From positions 24,492,001 to 24,556,000 of the forward strand of contig NC_058383.1 of NCBI RefSeq assembly GCF_018350175.1: a stretch of DNA of 64,000 nucleotides. The letters are read 5' to 3'. Below the pieces are notes generated by a model. That model was given only the letters and a program-made list of their open reading frames with translations. It had not been told where the DNA came from and ran no database searches. The position numbers and the translations under genes are program-made. The DNA comes from Felis catus (lineage: Eukaryota). Shown in pieces: positions 1-11,419 of the stretch (positions are counted from its first letter, which is position 1; every line of letters starts with the position of its first letter).

Positions 1-429
1 AAATTATGGAAAGAGTCTAAATGTCCATTAACTGATGAATGGATAAAGAAATTGTGGTTTATATACACAATGGAATACTACTTGGCAATGAGAAAGAATG
101 AAATATGGCCTTTTGTAGCAATGTGGATGGAACTGGAGAGTGTGATGCTAAGTGAAATAGGTCATACAGAGAAAGACAGGTACCATATGTTTTCACTCAT
201 ATGTGAGATCTTGAGAAACTTAACAGAAGACCAAGGGGGAGGGGAAGGAAAAAATAAAGTTAGAGAGGGAGGGAGCCAAACCATAAGAGACTCTTAAAAA
301 CAGAATAAACTGAGGGTTGATGGGGGGTGGGAGGGAGGGGAAAGTGGGTGATGGGCATTGAGGAGGGCACCTGTTGGGATGAGCACTGGGTGTTGTATGG
401 AAACCAATTTGACAATAAATTTCATGTTA

Positions 430-492
<63 letters not shown>

Positions 493-493
493 A
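1..493 (+). mobile_element. LINE-1 3' end (ORF2 C-terminus remnant, G-rich 3'UTR, (TAAA)n tail), carnivore type
   Basis: ORF 52-297 (MWFIYTMEYYLAMRKNEIWPF..WMELESVMLSEI) is the L1 ORF2 C-terminal signature; G-rich tract at 321-340; AATAAA then a (TAAA)n tail at ~430-493. Confidence 0.92.
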
Positions 494-1899
494 ACAAACC
501 AGTGGTAAAGACAACTCCAAGGTGCTGGGTAACAGTTTCTCCCAGACCACAGTCCCTGGGTGCCCACTGGTACGTGATTCAGAGGTTAGTTCAAAAACAT
601 CCCTTGTGGGCCAGCATGGGAGCAAAACTAGTTAGTCATAGGTAATCCACAAGTGAAAATGCCATCAGGGGGCATCTGCCCAGCCCATGTTCCTTCTCTC
701 TTCCCACCTCTCTGAACACTGTCCCTTCCCACAATAGGGGTAGGCCCCTGGAGCCATGTTTCTCTCCACGAAATGAGAAGCCCATGCCCAGCTGTCACCA
801 ACCTGGCCACAGGTGACTTGGTCAAGCCTGATCCTAGGAATCAGACATTCCCAGAGAAGGCTCCTAAAGGGCTTCAGGGAGGGGGACATAGGGAGTTGAA
901 GGTACCAGCCTGGGGAGTCACACTGGCCCATGTGAATGGAAGAGTCAAGAAAGCCAGGCTGTAGAGAGAGGAGAATGAAGGTGATGCACAAGGAAAAACG
1001 GTAACTGGAAGCAACATGAGCAACATGGCCCAAGAGAAGGTGTTGAGAGTTACCTCTAACCCCAGTGACCTGCCAGATCCTGATTCACTTCCTGCCCTTG
1101 GCTTCTAAGATAGCCTCCCATTTCCAAAGTCCCAGCATGCCTCACTACTCATTTGCTTAAGCTATTTTGAGCAGGTTTCTGACTCTCTCAGCCTAAAAAT
1201 AAGACAACAAAGACTTGACATTCCAGGGGCTTCCTAGAAGAAATGATGGGAGTTGTTTCACAAATACTCTGTGTAGAAGCCAATCTATTCTTTTCTGGAA
1301 TTTAAAGGGCTGATTAACTCTGAGGAAAGGCTAAAACTTATTTGGGAGAAATGAATCATCTAAATATGCTCCAAACAAGTAGATGTTTCTATAAATTATG
1401 CTTATGTCAATCTGATGGAAGGTTCTGTAATACCTTTTCACATCTTAACTAACACATCTAATGAGAATCAAATGCACATGGCGATGAGCACAAGGACCTT
1501 TCCTACTAAGCTAACTTTTAGTAACAAGAGTCTCATCCTGCTGACTAGAAAGCTGCTTGGCCAATTTAAAAATAGCTTGGTAAATCCACCAAGAGGGCCA
1601 GAGGCATTTTGGGAAGAGTCCAGGAAAGATCGCTACGGAGTATATTGCTCTAGACTGCAAAGTGGTAGCTCTTCAAATAGACCCTAGGGGAATTGTACTG
1701 TCTAATACAAAAAACAGATCACAAACTAGTTCATTTCGTTACATATATGTTATGTACCTTATGGGTATACTGCATGGGAAAAAAAAAAGTCTGGAGGGAA
1801 ATACAACACAATGTTAATATTATTTCTGAGAGCTGTTATTTTTTTTCCTGACAAAATGCTGAGTGACACATAGAAGAAGGCAAGAAAGATAAAAATTCA

Positions 1900-2220
1900 A
1901 GAAAGCAGAATATACCATCTCAAGTCCCATTGCCATTGGATGGGTACTGAACATCTGAAAAGTGGCTAATTCAAATGGAGATGTGCCATTAAGTGTAAAA
2001 TACACACTGGAGTTTGAAGACTTACTACAAAATAATGTAGAACGTTTCAATGACTTTTTTCATTAATAATTTTTTATAATGATTACATATTGAAATATTT
2101 AGATATATGAGACTAAATACATCAAAATTAATTTCACCTACTTTTTACTTTTTAAATGTGGCTACTAGAAAATTGTAAATTACATATGTGGCTTCTGTCA
2201 TACTTCTATTGGACACTGGG
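1900..2220. mobile_element. MER3/MER33-like hAT-Charlie DNA transposon relic
   Basis: Motifs gtggctaattcaaatggagatgtgcc..taagtgtaaaatacacac..aatgtggctactagaaaatt..ttctattggaca. Confidence 0.65.
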
Positions 2221-2721
2221 TTTCTAGTGGAAAACTGGACTCAAATCTTAAAGTAGGCTTTAGCCCCTCAGTCTCAGGATAACAGGGCAAAATTAACAAC
2301 AAAACAAAACAAAACAGGAAGGTATCTGTGGCAAAGACTGAGAGCCACCCTCTATATCTAAGAACTGCATTTACCCCTAGGGGAGAACTGCAACTAAATT
2401 TTGGTCTATGAGATATAATTGGAAGTGCTGCCTGTGTGTGACTTCTAGGAAGGCCCTTTAAATTAGAAGTGGCTTGCAAGTCTTTCTCCCCTTCCCTCCT
2501 CCATCCCATAGCCTGAAATGTGAATACAGTGGCTGATACTTTAGCAGCCATCTTGGACAATGAGTTTGAAGATCACAATTTAGGCATGTCAGAGTGGTGA
2601 ATTAGAAAGATTCCTGACCTACTCCAAATTTCTTCTACCTCAGAGAGAAATAACCTTCTATGCTGTTTAAGCTGGTGTTATTTTGGGATTTTTCCATTAC
2701 ATACCCTGATTGGAAACTGAC

Positions 2722-2817
2722 CTTTGAGTTATTCTGGATAGACTCAATCAGCAAAGACAGCTTCCTCTGCAGTTCCTGCAAGTCCTTTGTGGTACTCGGG
2801 AGGTCTTCTTTTGCCAT
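2722..2817 (-). CDS. LDAF1: LDAF1/TMEM159 (lipid droplet assembly factor 1, promethin), first coding exon
   Basis: ATG at 2817 encodes MAKEDLPSTTKDLQELQRKLSLLIESIQNNSK (32 codons), then donor AAG|GTCAGT. Matches the recalled human promethin N-terminus MAKEEPQSISRDLQELQKKLSLLIDSFQNNSK. Head-to-head synteny with DNAH3. Likely acceptor ttcttgtttcaccag at 2922, giving exon 2722-2921. Confidence 0.93.
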
Positions 2818-3273
2818 CCTGAAACCCACTTCAGTCTCTTTACGGGTTAATTCTTCTATCTGTAAGCTGTCCAGGGCAGGGTGCAGTCGAATCTCTCATG
2901 TCACCCTGTCTCTTGCTGTCACTGGTGAAACAAGAAGTAACTTAAACCATTAGTAGTATTCACCCAGCCAGTTCAACAAAAGCTTCTACTATCCTCACGC
3001 ATTGATGGTAGGTGTGCAGGTGGAGGGTAGCTTGGCCGTATGTATCAAAATTTCTAAGTGCACACACCTTCTTCCAACAATTCATTTTCCAGAATCTGAA
3101 GGAGATAATCAAATAGGTATATCAAAACATACAAAAAGGATGTGCAGTGCAATCGTATTTATAGTATGTAATAAGCAGCAAAACATTGGAAAGAAGCTAA
3201 CTGTAAGAAATTGGTTAAATAACGATAAATTCATAAAATGGAGTATTCGTTACTTGTTAAAATGATAGTGTGG

Positions 3274-3465
3274 AGCGGTGCCTGGGTGGTTTAGTCAGTT
3301 AAATGTCTGAATCTTGCTTTTGGCTCAGGTCATGATCTCACAATTTGTGAGATCCAGCCCTGCATCTGGCTCTGTGTTGTCAGCACAAAGCCTGCTTGGG
3401 ATTCTCTCTCCCCCTCTCCCTACCCCTCTCCACCCCCTTCAAAATAAACAAATAAACATTTTAAA
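3274..3465 (+). mobile_element. Can-SINE
   Basis: tRNA-like head gcctgggtggtttagtcagttaa, CT-rich tract, A tail. Confidence 0.85.
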
Positions 3466-4649
3466 TAATGATAATATGGACATTTAGTGATATGAAAATA
3501 CATCCATGGTAATAAGTAAAAAAAAATTACAAGATATCCCATACTGTTACGTAAACCTTAGTATTTTACGTCTATATTCCATAGTAAAATAAAAGACCTA
3601 GAAGGATATGTATCATATAATACCAAAATATTAATGATATTATCTCTGGGGGCTTACGTTTATTTTTTTTAGCCTGACAAACTGCTGCAAAGAAACGTGA
3701 AAGGTGAAACACTATTTTAAGTCCCACTGCCTTTTTCCCCCCAGAAAGCTTTTCTTAAGCAATGATGGTGGTCAATTTCTTTATTCACTACCCACATTAA
3801 CAGGTTGGCTCCCAATTACACAGCATCATAAATCATTCTCTATTTACTTGTAAATCTCCTAACAAGAGGTGCCTCAAGGGGAAACCTAGCTACAATATAC
3901 TCCCTGACTCAACAGCCTTTAATTTCCAGGACTGTCCTAATCACATATAATTTATAAAACCAATTTGTTCAATTAGATATCTATTTTTTTTAACCCTTAC
4001 TGGATTTTCATACAAAAAACATATTGTTCTTATTTTGTATTTTCCAAAACTGGAGGGCTGGACACAATTTCTTCCTTACAAATGACCTCTTGCTACTGAT
4101 AGTAAAAAAGCCTCAAAGATCCTGTCACAGTGGCCAAAATTAACTGAGTGATGCCGACATTTGTTTATCATATTGACTATACCATATGGTAATTATGTGA
4201 GTTAAGGGGGGAGGGGTTACTTACTAATACCACTAGGGCCTAGAATGAAAATTAAAGTCCATTTTAATTACCCCAGCTAGAGTGTTTCTGCTACAACCCC
4301 GTTTGTGAAACAGGAACGCTTTGCACAGTAAAGGACTAACCCCTCTACAGCCATATTCTGTCTTTGAAGCTGCTACTCGCACAGATTTTGGATTTGGGAT
4401 GTTCCCAGGACTCAGCTCCCCTAATCTCATCTCTGCAGCGGGCAGAAACAAGCCCAGCTCCCCTTACTGGTCTCCAGAGGCCTTAGGGAACCCAAGGGCC
4501 ACCCAGACCGGTTAGGGAAGTCCGATGGGAACCAGCGTGGGTAGAAGGCCGTGGGCCATTGCCGTGAAATACATCCACCTGGCTTCCAATCCCCAGACTG
4601 CCTAATCACTCACTCTACGGAGGGGTCTCCCCAGGCACTCAGAAGTTTC

Positions 4650-5830
4650 CAAACCGAAGGCGGCAATCTCTTAACCCTGCGCAGCCCATAAATTACCTGC
4701 CTTCTCCGCCTTCCCGGCTGACCAAAGAGATCACTAACCAACCTTCCAGTCCCCCTCCCCCAGCCACGGCTCTTCCACTCCCGCCCCTCCCGGGGCTAAC
4801 GGCCACCCGGAGCGTTCTAGAAGGGAAAGGCGGCGGCGCATCTCTTTTTGGGGAAAAGGAATGCGGGGCGCCTCGGGCCTACCCAGGCCGCTTCCCCATC
4901 AGCTTCCAAGTCTCTCAGCCTTCGAAGCCGCGAGGGGGAGGAGGCGCCCTGCTTCTAGGGATCCATGGGCATTGGGGAAAGCGGCAGGGATGCAGGTGGA
5001 GAGGGTGGTCCGCCTACGAGAGAGCACGGAGGCTGAGAAAGGGAAGTTCAGGGGCGAGTGGAGTACTCTTGTCATTAATTTGGGGGGAAAGAATACACCT
5101 TTGTTACTTGGAGCTCCCCTCTCTGCAGTGACAAGGGAGAGGGTCCCTCAGTAGAGAGGAGGGACCCCTTGAGAATGTGGGCACCCATTTTCATTAATCC
5201 TGCGGAAAGGGTTTAGAGACTCCCCAGCCAGGTCTCCCCAAGGGGCAGGGTCTCGGGGGTGGGATGGGACTGGCAAGCCTGTTATCAAATCTAGTGGTGG
5301 ATGTGAGGGTGTGTGTGCACTCCAAGCCCGTTTTAAGGCTTCGAAGGGGTAAGACGTCCCTTTTCACTAAACAGCGGACAGGGGACCACACCGCAAGGCA
5401 CCCACTGCCTTCTCATTTGCCCTTCCCCGCGAGGGGGTCTAGCCAGCCCAGGCATGCTGTATTCTACCACTCAAGTTTCGAGCTCTCACCAAGGCCCGGC
5501 GGCTACACTTACCGGTGTCTGCGACCGGAGCTGAGGGAGATGGGAAGAGGCGGAAAGGTAAAGGAGGAGGAGGAAGGAAGGTTCTTCGGCACTGGCGGGA
5601 GCTGCGGCCGGCTTCCTGCTCAGTCCCGGCCGGCCACCTCCCTGCGCCGCGTCCCGCCCCTTCTCCGCCCTCGCCCCGCCCCTTCCCCCGCCCCTCGGTT
5701 GCCGACGTCTACCCCAATTTAGCTCTGCTCGGCTCTTCCCGCCTGCTGCCGGAGGGAGCCGGAGCCAGCAAAGGCGCGCGCTGGCCTCGCGCACCACGCT
5801 CCGCGGAGCGCGCTCTCTGCCTCAGCGTTT
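4650..5830. promoter_or_regulatory. CpG island, shared LDAF1/DNAH3 promoter region
   Basis: High GC and CpG density against CpG-depleted flanks; cluster of Sp1-type CCGCCC boxes at ~5653-5695. Confidence 0.85.
5513..5630 (-). other. LDAF1: Probable non-coding exon 1 of LDAF1 (TSS position approximate)
   Basis: Consensus minus-strand donor CCG|GTAAGT (plus strand acttaccgg at 5507-5515) just downstream of the GC boxes in the CpG island. Confidence 0.65.
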
Positions 5831-6255
5831 TGGAGCCATCCCAACAGGCCCTGAGAGCTTTACAGATGAGGAAACTGAGGCCCAAAAGGAATTGCCCGTC
5901 CCCCACCCTTGGCTTGAGGTGAGAGTGCCCATGCCACCGCCAACACAGGTGGGCTGGCCTCTGAGCACGGGTTTGTGTAGAGTCTTAGGGCTTCCCCTGC
6001 CTAAATGCCTACACCTCTACCAAGTCTTCTGGAAGCATTCCTGGAGTTCAGGACACCCAACAATGAGGTATGGCCTTTACTGGAAGGTGTTAGCCATTAC
6101 TTTTCATGCAGAAGTCACGAACCCACGAGATCCTTAAAGATGAGTTCAGCTATTATCTCTTTTTTTTTTTTTTTTTTTATGGATGAAAAAGTCTAAACCT
6201 AAGTCCCTCAGTTCTATATCAGAGCCAGACACGTTCCCTGGCCCCAAACCCATAG

Positions 6256-6475
6256 AGCAGGGTTTCTCAATGGCAGCAATATTGACTTAGTAGGTGGGAA
6301 AATTCTGTATTAAGGGGCTGTGAATTGAAGAATGTTTAGCAGCATTCCTGGCCTCTACCCACTAGATGCCAGTAGTAATCCCTTTCCTCCCAGTTGTGAC
6401 AACCAAAAAAATGTCCCCAAACATTGCCACAGGTTCTGTGAAGGGGCACAATCGTCCCCAGCTGAGACCCACTGA
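6256..6475. mobile_element. MER20-like DNA transposon
   Basis: gcagggtttctcaa..atgtttagcagcattcctggcctctacccactagatgccagtag..tgtgacaaccaaaaaaatgtc..gagacccactg. Confidence 0.8.
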
Positions 6476-6903
6476 GATTGAGGGTTGATTGAGGGTTGAG
6501 TGTATCCGTAAACACCATGGCTGGGGGAGGGGGATCCCAACAGTTCTGGGCTCTGATCTCATGGCTTACAGTGTGACCTCGGTGAGTTACCTCTCTAAGC
6601 CTGGGCTTTGTCTCTAAAATGATAGGCCCGTGCATTGGCCTGCTACTACATAGTTTTCAGGCACTTTCCATCCAGGGACCTATGTTGACCTACCTTTCTT
6701 CTGTGACCTGGATGACAGTCACAGGGTTTTAGTGAGGACATGTGCAATAATAGCTATAAAGAAGTTAATACCTATCTGGAGTATAAAAGAGACTCAAAAA
6801 GATTGGATGGCACAGTCTTTTACCAACTAATGTTTCTAGAAATAAACAGGCTGGTGGATAAAGACATAAGCTTGGGGTTAGTAAGAATAAAAAGAAGCTA
6901 AAG

Positions 6904-7086
6904 GGGGCGCCTTGGTGGCTCAGTTGGTTAAGCAGGTCATGATCTCATATCATAATTTGTAAGTCTGAGCCCCGCATCAGGTTCTGCACTGACAGTGCTG
7001 GGCCTGCTTGGATTCTCTCTCCCCCTCCCTCTCTGCCCCTCCCCTGTTCACTCTCTCTCTCTTTCTCTCTCCAAGTAAATAAACTT

Positions 7087-7113
<27 letters not shown>
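6904..7113 (+). mobile_element. Can-SINE
   Basis: ggggcgccttggtggctcag head, (CT)n, long poly(A); flanked by aaagaagcta/aaaaagcta TSD-like repeats. Confidence 0.9.
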
Positions 7114-7117
<4 letters not shown>

Positions 7118-7764
7118 AGGAATCCTGCTCTACCTCCACAACAGCCAAGAAAAGAGGAGCTAATGGTAGGGATAAGTGTCCCTAAATCCTTAAGTTTCAG
7201 GCAATCCTGTGTGGCTTCATGCACTTTGATTTGCTGCAGTATGATGGGTGCCCCATCTAAGAAAAGGTTGTGGGTTTTTTTCCTTTAGAACAAAACATTA
7301 CAACCATCATTCTTATTTCCTTTCGAAAGTTGAACTGGGTCCTCCGTGGGATTGTTCAAGAGTGCCATCTAGGGGCGTCTTTGTGAATCCTTTACTTCCC
7401 CCTCCACCTCTGTCATTGTAGGGACAGCCAGGTTTTGTTTTATCCTTGTGCTTTGGCTGCCTTCTACACCATGTTATGTATACTCTGATGACTAGGATCT
7501 TAGCTCTCTCCATAGCATCAGGACTTGGCTTATGATGACCAGTGATGGGTCAATAAGATATATCCATATGCAGCCTCTTCTATGCTTTTCAGAGATTACT
7601 TACTCTGGGTGAGCAACCATTTCGGGTCTTAGAAAAGATCTGCCAGGAGCCCTGGGCTCTGAATAAGAAATGTCTGAAAATTTCCCCACAACACACTGAG
7701 ATCCTAAGCTGTTTATATCACAGAGATGGGGACAAACCAGACTCTAACTGACCTCTTCTCCCTG

Positions 7765-7953
7765 TATTGCCAGATTTAGCAAATAAAAATCCAGGACACC
7801 CAGTTCAGAGTGAATTTCAAGTGAACAACAGATAACTTTTTAACATAATTATGTCCCAAATACCGAATGGGATAAACTTATGCTAGAAAAATTATTTGTT
7901 GTTTATCTGAAATTCTAATTTTACTGGGCATCCTGTGTTACATCTGGCAACCC
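7765..7953. mobile_element. MER53-like palindromic hAT MITE
   Basis: Terminal inverted repeats ttgccagat...atctggcaaccct; internal aaataaaaatccaggacacccagtt. Confidence 0.7.
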
Positions 7954-8114
7954 TGTGTACTTAGAGTTGAGGGATTGAGGGATTTGAAGCCTGCATCCCT
8001 CTTGGGACTTATCAGACAGAAGATTAAGTCAGACAATTCTGGTGCAGATGAGGTGGCTGGGGAGTGTGTTGGGGGGGAGATGGCATTTTCATTCTCCTTA
8101 GTAGATATTTTATT

Positions 8115-8333
8115 TATTTTTTTTAATTTTTAAATGTTTATTTTTGAGAGAGAGAGAAACAGCATGAGCAGGGGAGAGACAGAGAGAGAGGGAGACACAC
8201 AATCTGAAGCAGGCTCCAGGCTCTGAGCTGGCAGCACAGTGTCTGACCTGGGACTCAAACTCAGGAACTGAACAGTGAGATCATGACCTCAGCTGAAGTC
8301 AGACACTTAACCGACTGAGCTACCCAGGCGCCC
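8115..8333 (-). mobile_element. Can-SINE
   Basis: poly(T), (GA)n, ends cccaggcgccc. Confidence 0.9.
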
Positions 8334-8919
8334 TATTTATTTATTTTCTACGTTAACAGACCACACGTAGGTTTTTGGTTAAAGCTAGGGAACAGATTCC
8401 ATAGTCAGGTTCAAGTCCCAACTTTGCCACCAACCTAGCCGAGTGATTTAACCTGCCTGTGTCTGTTTCCTCAGCCATAAAACTTGGGATAATAATTGTA
8501 TTTATTTTCTGGGTTGTTGAGAAGATTTGGAAAGATGATGCTTAGCACAGTGCTAGCAGATAGTATAGCTCAATACATGGAAGTCATAATCATTGTTTTG
8601 ATGTTTTTGAACACATGTAGACTTAGAGTTCACTAACTTTCAGTTGGAGGCATGTCTCCTCCTCACGCACAGGGTCATGGGGCTTATTAGCACCATACCA
8701 GTCTCTTTCTACTGTTTCACTTTGTTGGGCTACAGCCGCTGGTTTTTGTGTGACATTGGGTTTCATGCCCCATTATAGGAGGCCTGGTAATAACCCCATT
8801 TCTGTCTAAACCAAAGTTTCAAACCCTGTCACTAGTTCATTTATTCCAGATACTATTTGAAATTGTATATATTGTGTTATCTAAATGTCGTGTCTGTCCA
8901 GAAGATGGGGGCCCCCAGT

Positions 8920-9287
8920 TGTGGGGTAACGATCAGGTGGAAAACAGTGGCAAGGGCAGTGAAGGATTCACCTGAGGCAGAACAAGGAAGCTAGAAGTTT
9001 ACCAAATACACCTCAAGGGAGGTTGGGAGGGGCAGGACAGCAAAGGAGAGGCAGTGGGTGGGGGCTATTTTTAAAAGGGAAATGTGAGGAGGAATGGGGA
9101 TGTATGGAAAAAAGGGAGACTTTATGGTAACTGTGTCTGGTTGTAAGTAACCCATTGGTTAGTTAGGGCCTATGGATGTTTTGAGGTGAGTCCCCTGATG
9201 GTCTTGTCTATATTCAGCCAGGAGGTCGCTGTGAGCCCTTTCTACATTCCATTGCTCAAGATTGTTTGCCTAAAAGCAGACTCTACA
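8920..9287 (-). mobile_element. Probable solo ERV LTR
   Basis: ~370 bp bounded by TG...CA (tgtggggt...gactctaca) with LTR-like composition; no TSD recognised. Confidence 0.45.
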
Positions 9288-9358
9288 TATATGTTTGATG
9301 GTAGAGAGTAGAAATAAAAGAGATGGGGAAGCACAAGGTTATTTTCAAAGTATGGAGA

Positions 9359-9530
9359 GGGGTGCCTGGGTGGCTTAGTTGGTTAAACATCTGACTCTTG
9401 ATCTTGGATCAGGGCTGACAGTACAGAGCCTGTTTGGGAGTCTCTCTCTCCCCCTCTCTGCCCCTCCCCTGCTCATGCACTCTGCCTCTCTCAAAATAAA
9501 AATAAATAAACTTAAAAAATAAAAAAGTAA
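9359..9530 (+). mobile_element. Can-SINE (internally deleted)
   Basis: ggggtgcctgggtggcttag head, CT tract, A tail. Confidence 0.85.
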
Positions 9531-11076
9531 GAAAAAGGAGAAACAGAAGTACTTGGTGCTGTGCTGGTGGGATCTCAGAAATGTTTGTTTTCTGGATAGG
9601 TCCTTTGTGGAAAGAGCAATGGACTCTGGAGTCATAAGGACAGGCTTCAACTTCTATTAGCTCTTATGAGTTGCATCAATTTGGGAAAGTTATGTATTTT
9701 TCTCAGTTTTGGTTTTCTCCTCCATAAAATGGGAACAACATGGCCTTTTGGGGAAAATTGAATGAAATAACAGATATGCAAGCATGGCACCCCAAAAGAG
9801 CTCAATAAGTCTAACTTGGTTTTGAGGGAACTCAAGCGACCAAATAATGTGTGCTTTGAATGTTTGGACAGCAGCTAATACTGTAACCTGTGTACACAAG
9901 TATACATGTATGTGAGTATGTGTATGTGTGTTTCTGTGTTTATAATAAGAATTATATTAAAAAAAAAAAGAATTATGTTAGCCACAACATCTATAGAGTG
10001 CCTCCTATATCAGGTGACCAAACCATCCCACTGCCTAGGACTGCGGGGGTTCCCCGGATACAGGATTTGGAGTGTTAAAACCCAGAAAGTCACAGGCAAA
10101 CTGGGATGAGTTGGTCATCCTCCTGCTCTGTGCAGATTGCTTTACAGACATTATCTCATTAAACCTTCCAACCTACCCTGTGAGGTAGGTACTCACGTTT
10201 GTTGCCATTTTACATTTAAGAAGGACATTTAGAGAGATTAAGCAACTTCGTCAAGCCACAAAGCTAATTAATGGGAAGGGCAGGATCTGAACCCAGCTGG
10301 GTCCAGCCTGAGAATTTAGCCACCGTGCTATAGGCATTTAGACTTTACCAAAGGCATAGTCTTTTATTGCCACTCATCTCTACATTCCCGGATCTTTGCT
10401 AAACACCCTCCCATCTTCCCTTCTGTCACCACCAATTTCTGCTGCCCAGCCAGGCCTCCAGCAAAGGGAGACACCAGCTGAGTCAAGCCCAGTCTTGTAT
10501 CTGGGCACAGCTGAGGCCCCTCCTTCCTTAGCAACAGACGCTGAAGCCTGGTTACCGGCCCCAAGGCCTGGGTGCAGGCACCTCCAATGTTAAAACAGCC
10601 CAGAGAGGAGGAGAGAGAAGAGTTCAGGTTGCTAGGGTATTGTTTAGTGGAGGTGTTTCTTCCCTCTTATCTGTATTAACATGTAACTCTGCTTCCATTT
10701 TTCCTCTATAGTGAACTCGGTGTGTTCCTGGAAAAGTTCTAAGAGAGGAGCTGCTCAGTGGAAGGGAAGAGCGGCCAGAGCAGAAGGCGTTGCAACCACA
10801 GCAGAAAAGCCCTGCAGAACCCCAATGCTCTCCCTTCTTCATTCTCTAGCTTCTCTTTCTTTCTTCTTCTACCAGAGAACTCCTCAGGGGGCCAAAGTCT
10901 ATGACCTCAGAGAGACAGCTCTGTGAACAGAGCTTTCAGAACACTTAGAAAGTTCCATTTTCTGTGTCACCTCACTATGCTATAAGCAAGTGTGAATTTC
11001 AGAGCCACTGGTACGAGAGGATCATCCCTAGAGAAACTGAGAGCTCTTTATTCATTTTGTAATAGACCCAACTAAA

Positions 11077-11115
11077 ATGGACAACATGAGTGACGTGGAT
11101 TGCTCATCTCAGAAG
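11077..11115 (+). CDS. DNAH3: DNAH3 probable first coding exon (MDNMSDVDCSSQK)
   Basis: In-frame ATGs at 11077 and 11086, strong donor AAG|GTAGGT, phase 0 fitting the 15622 acceptor; resembles the recalled mouse Dnah3 start MSDTNCSAQK; upstream acceptor aatag at 11065. Confidence 0.72.
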
Positions 11116-11419
11116 GTAGGTGTGAATTTTAAGGTGTATTTCTTTTTTTCTTTTAAACCTGTATTTTCAACATGTAGGGAATTTGGGAGTGGGCAGGAAG
11201 GGGATGTTTCAATCATAGACTAATTGCCATGTTAGATCCCCTTGACTGAGCAACTGTGTTAACATTTTTATGCTTTGTCCTTTGAAATATGCTTTTTGCT
11301 GAATTAGGCTTTTGGACTAAAAGCCTCAGGTTTTGCTGTGAAAACTTCAGGAATAGATACCTGTTGTTCCTTTCCCTTCCCTTCCCGAGGCCTTTAGACC
11401 ATATATTCCATCCAACAGT

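Noticed and set aside
52..297. 81-aa ORF at the window start
   Set aside because: L1 ORF2 C-terminal remnant, not a host gene
5264..5922. Overlapping 100-150 aa ORFs in the CpG island
   Set aside because: Low-complexity Arg/Pro/Gly ORFs expected in GC-rich DNA with few stop codons; no recognisable homology
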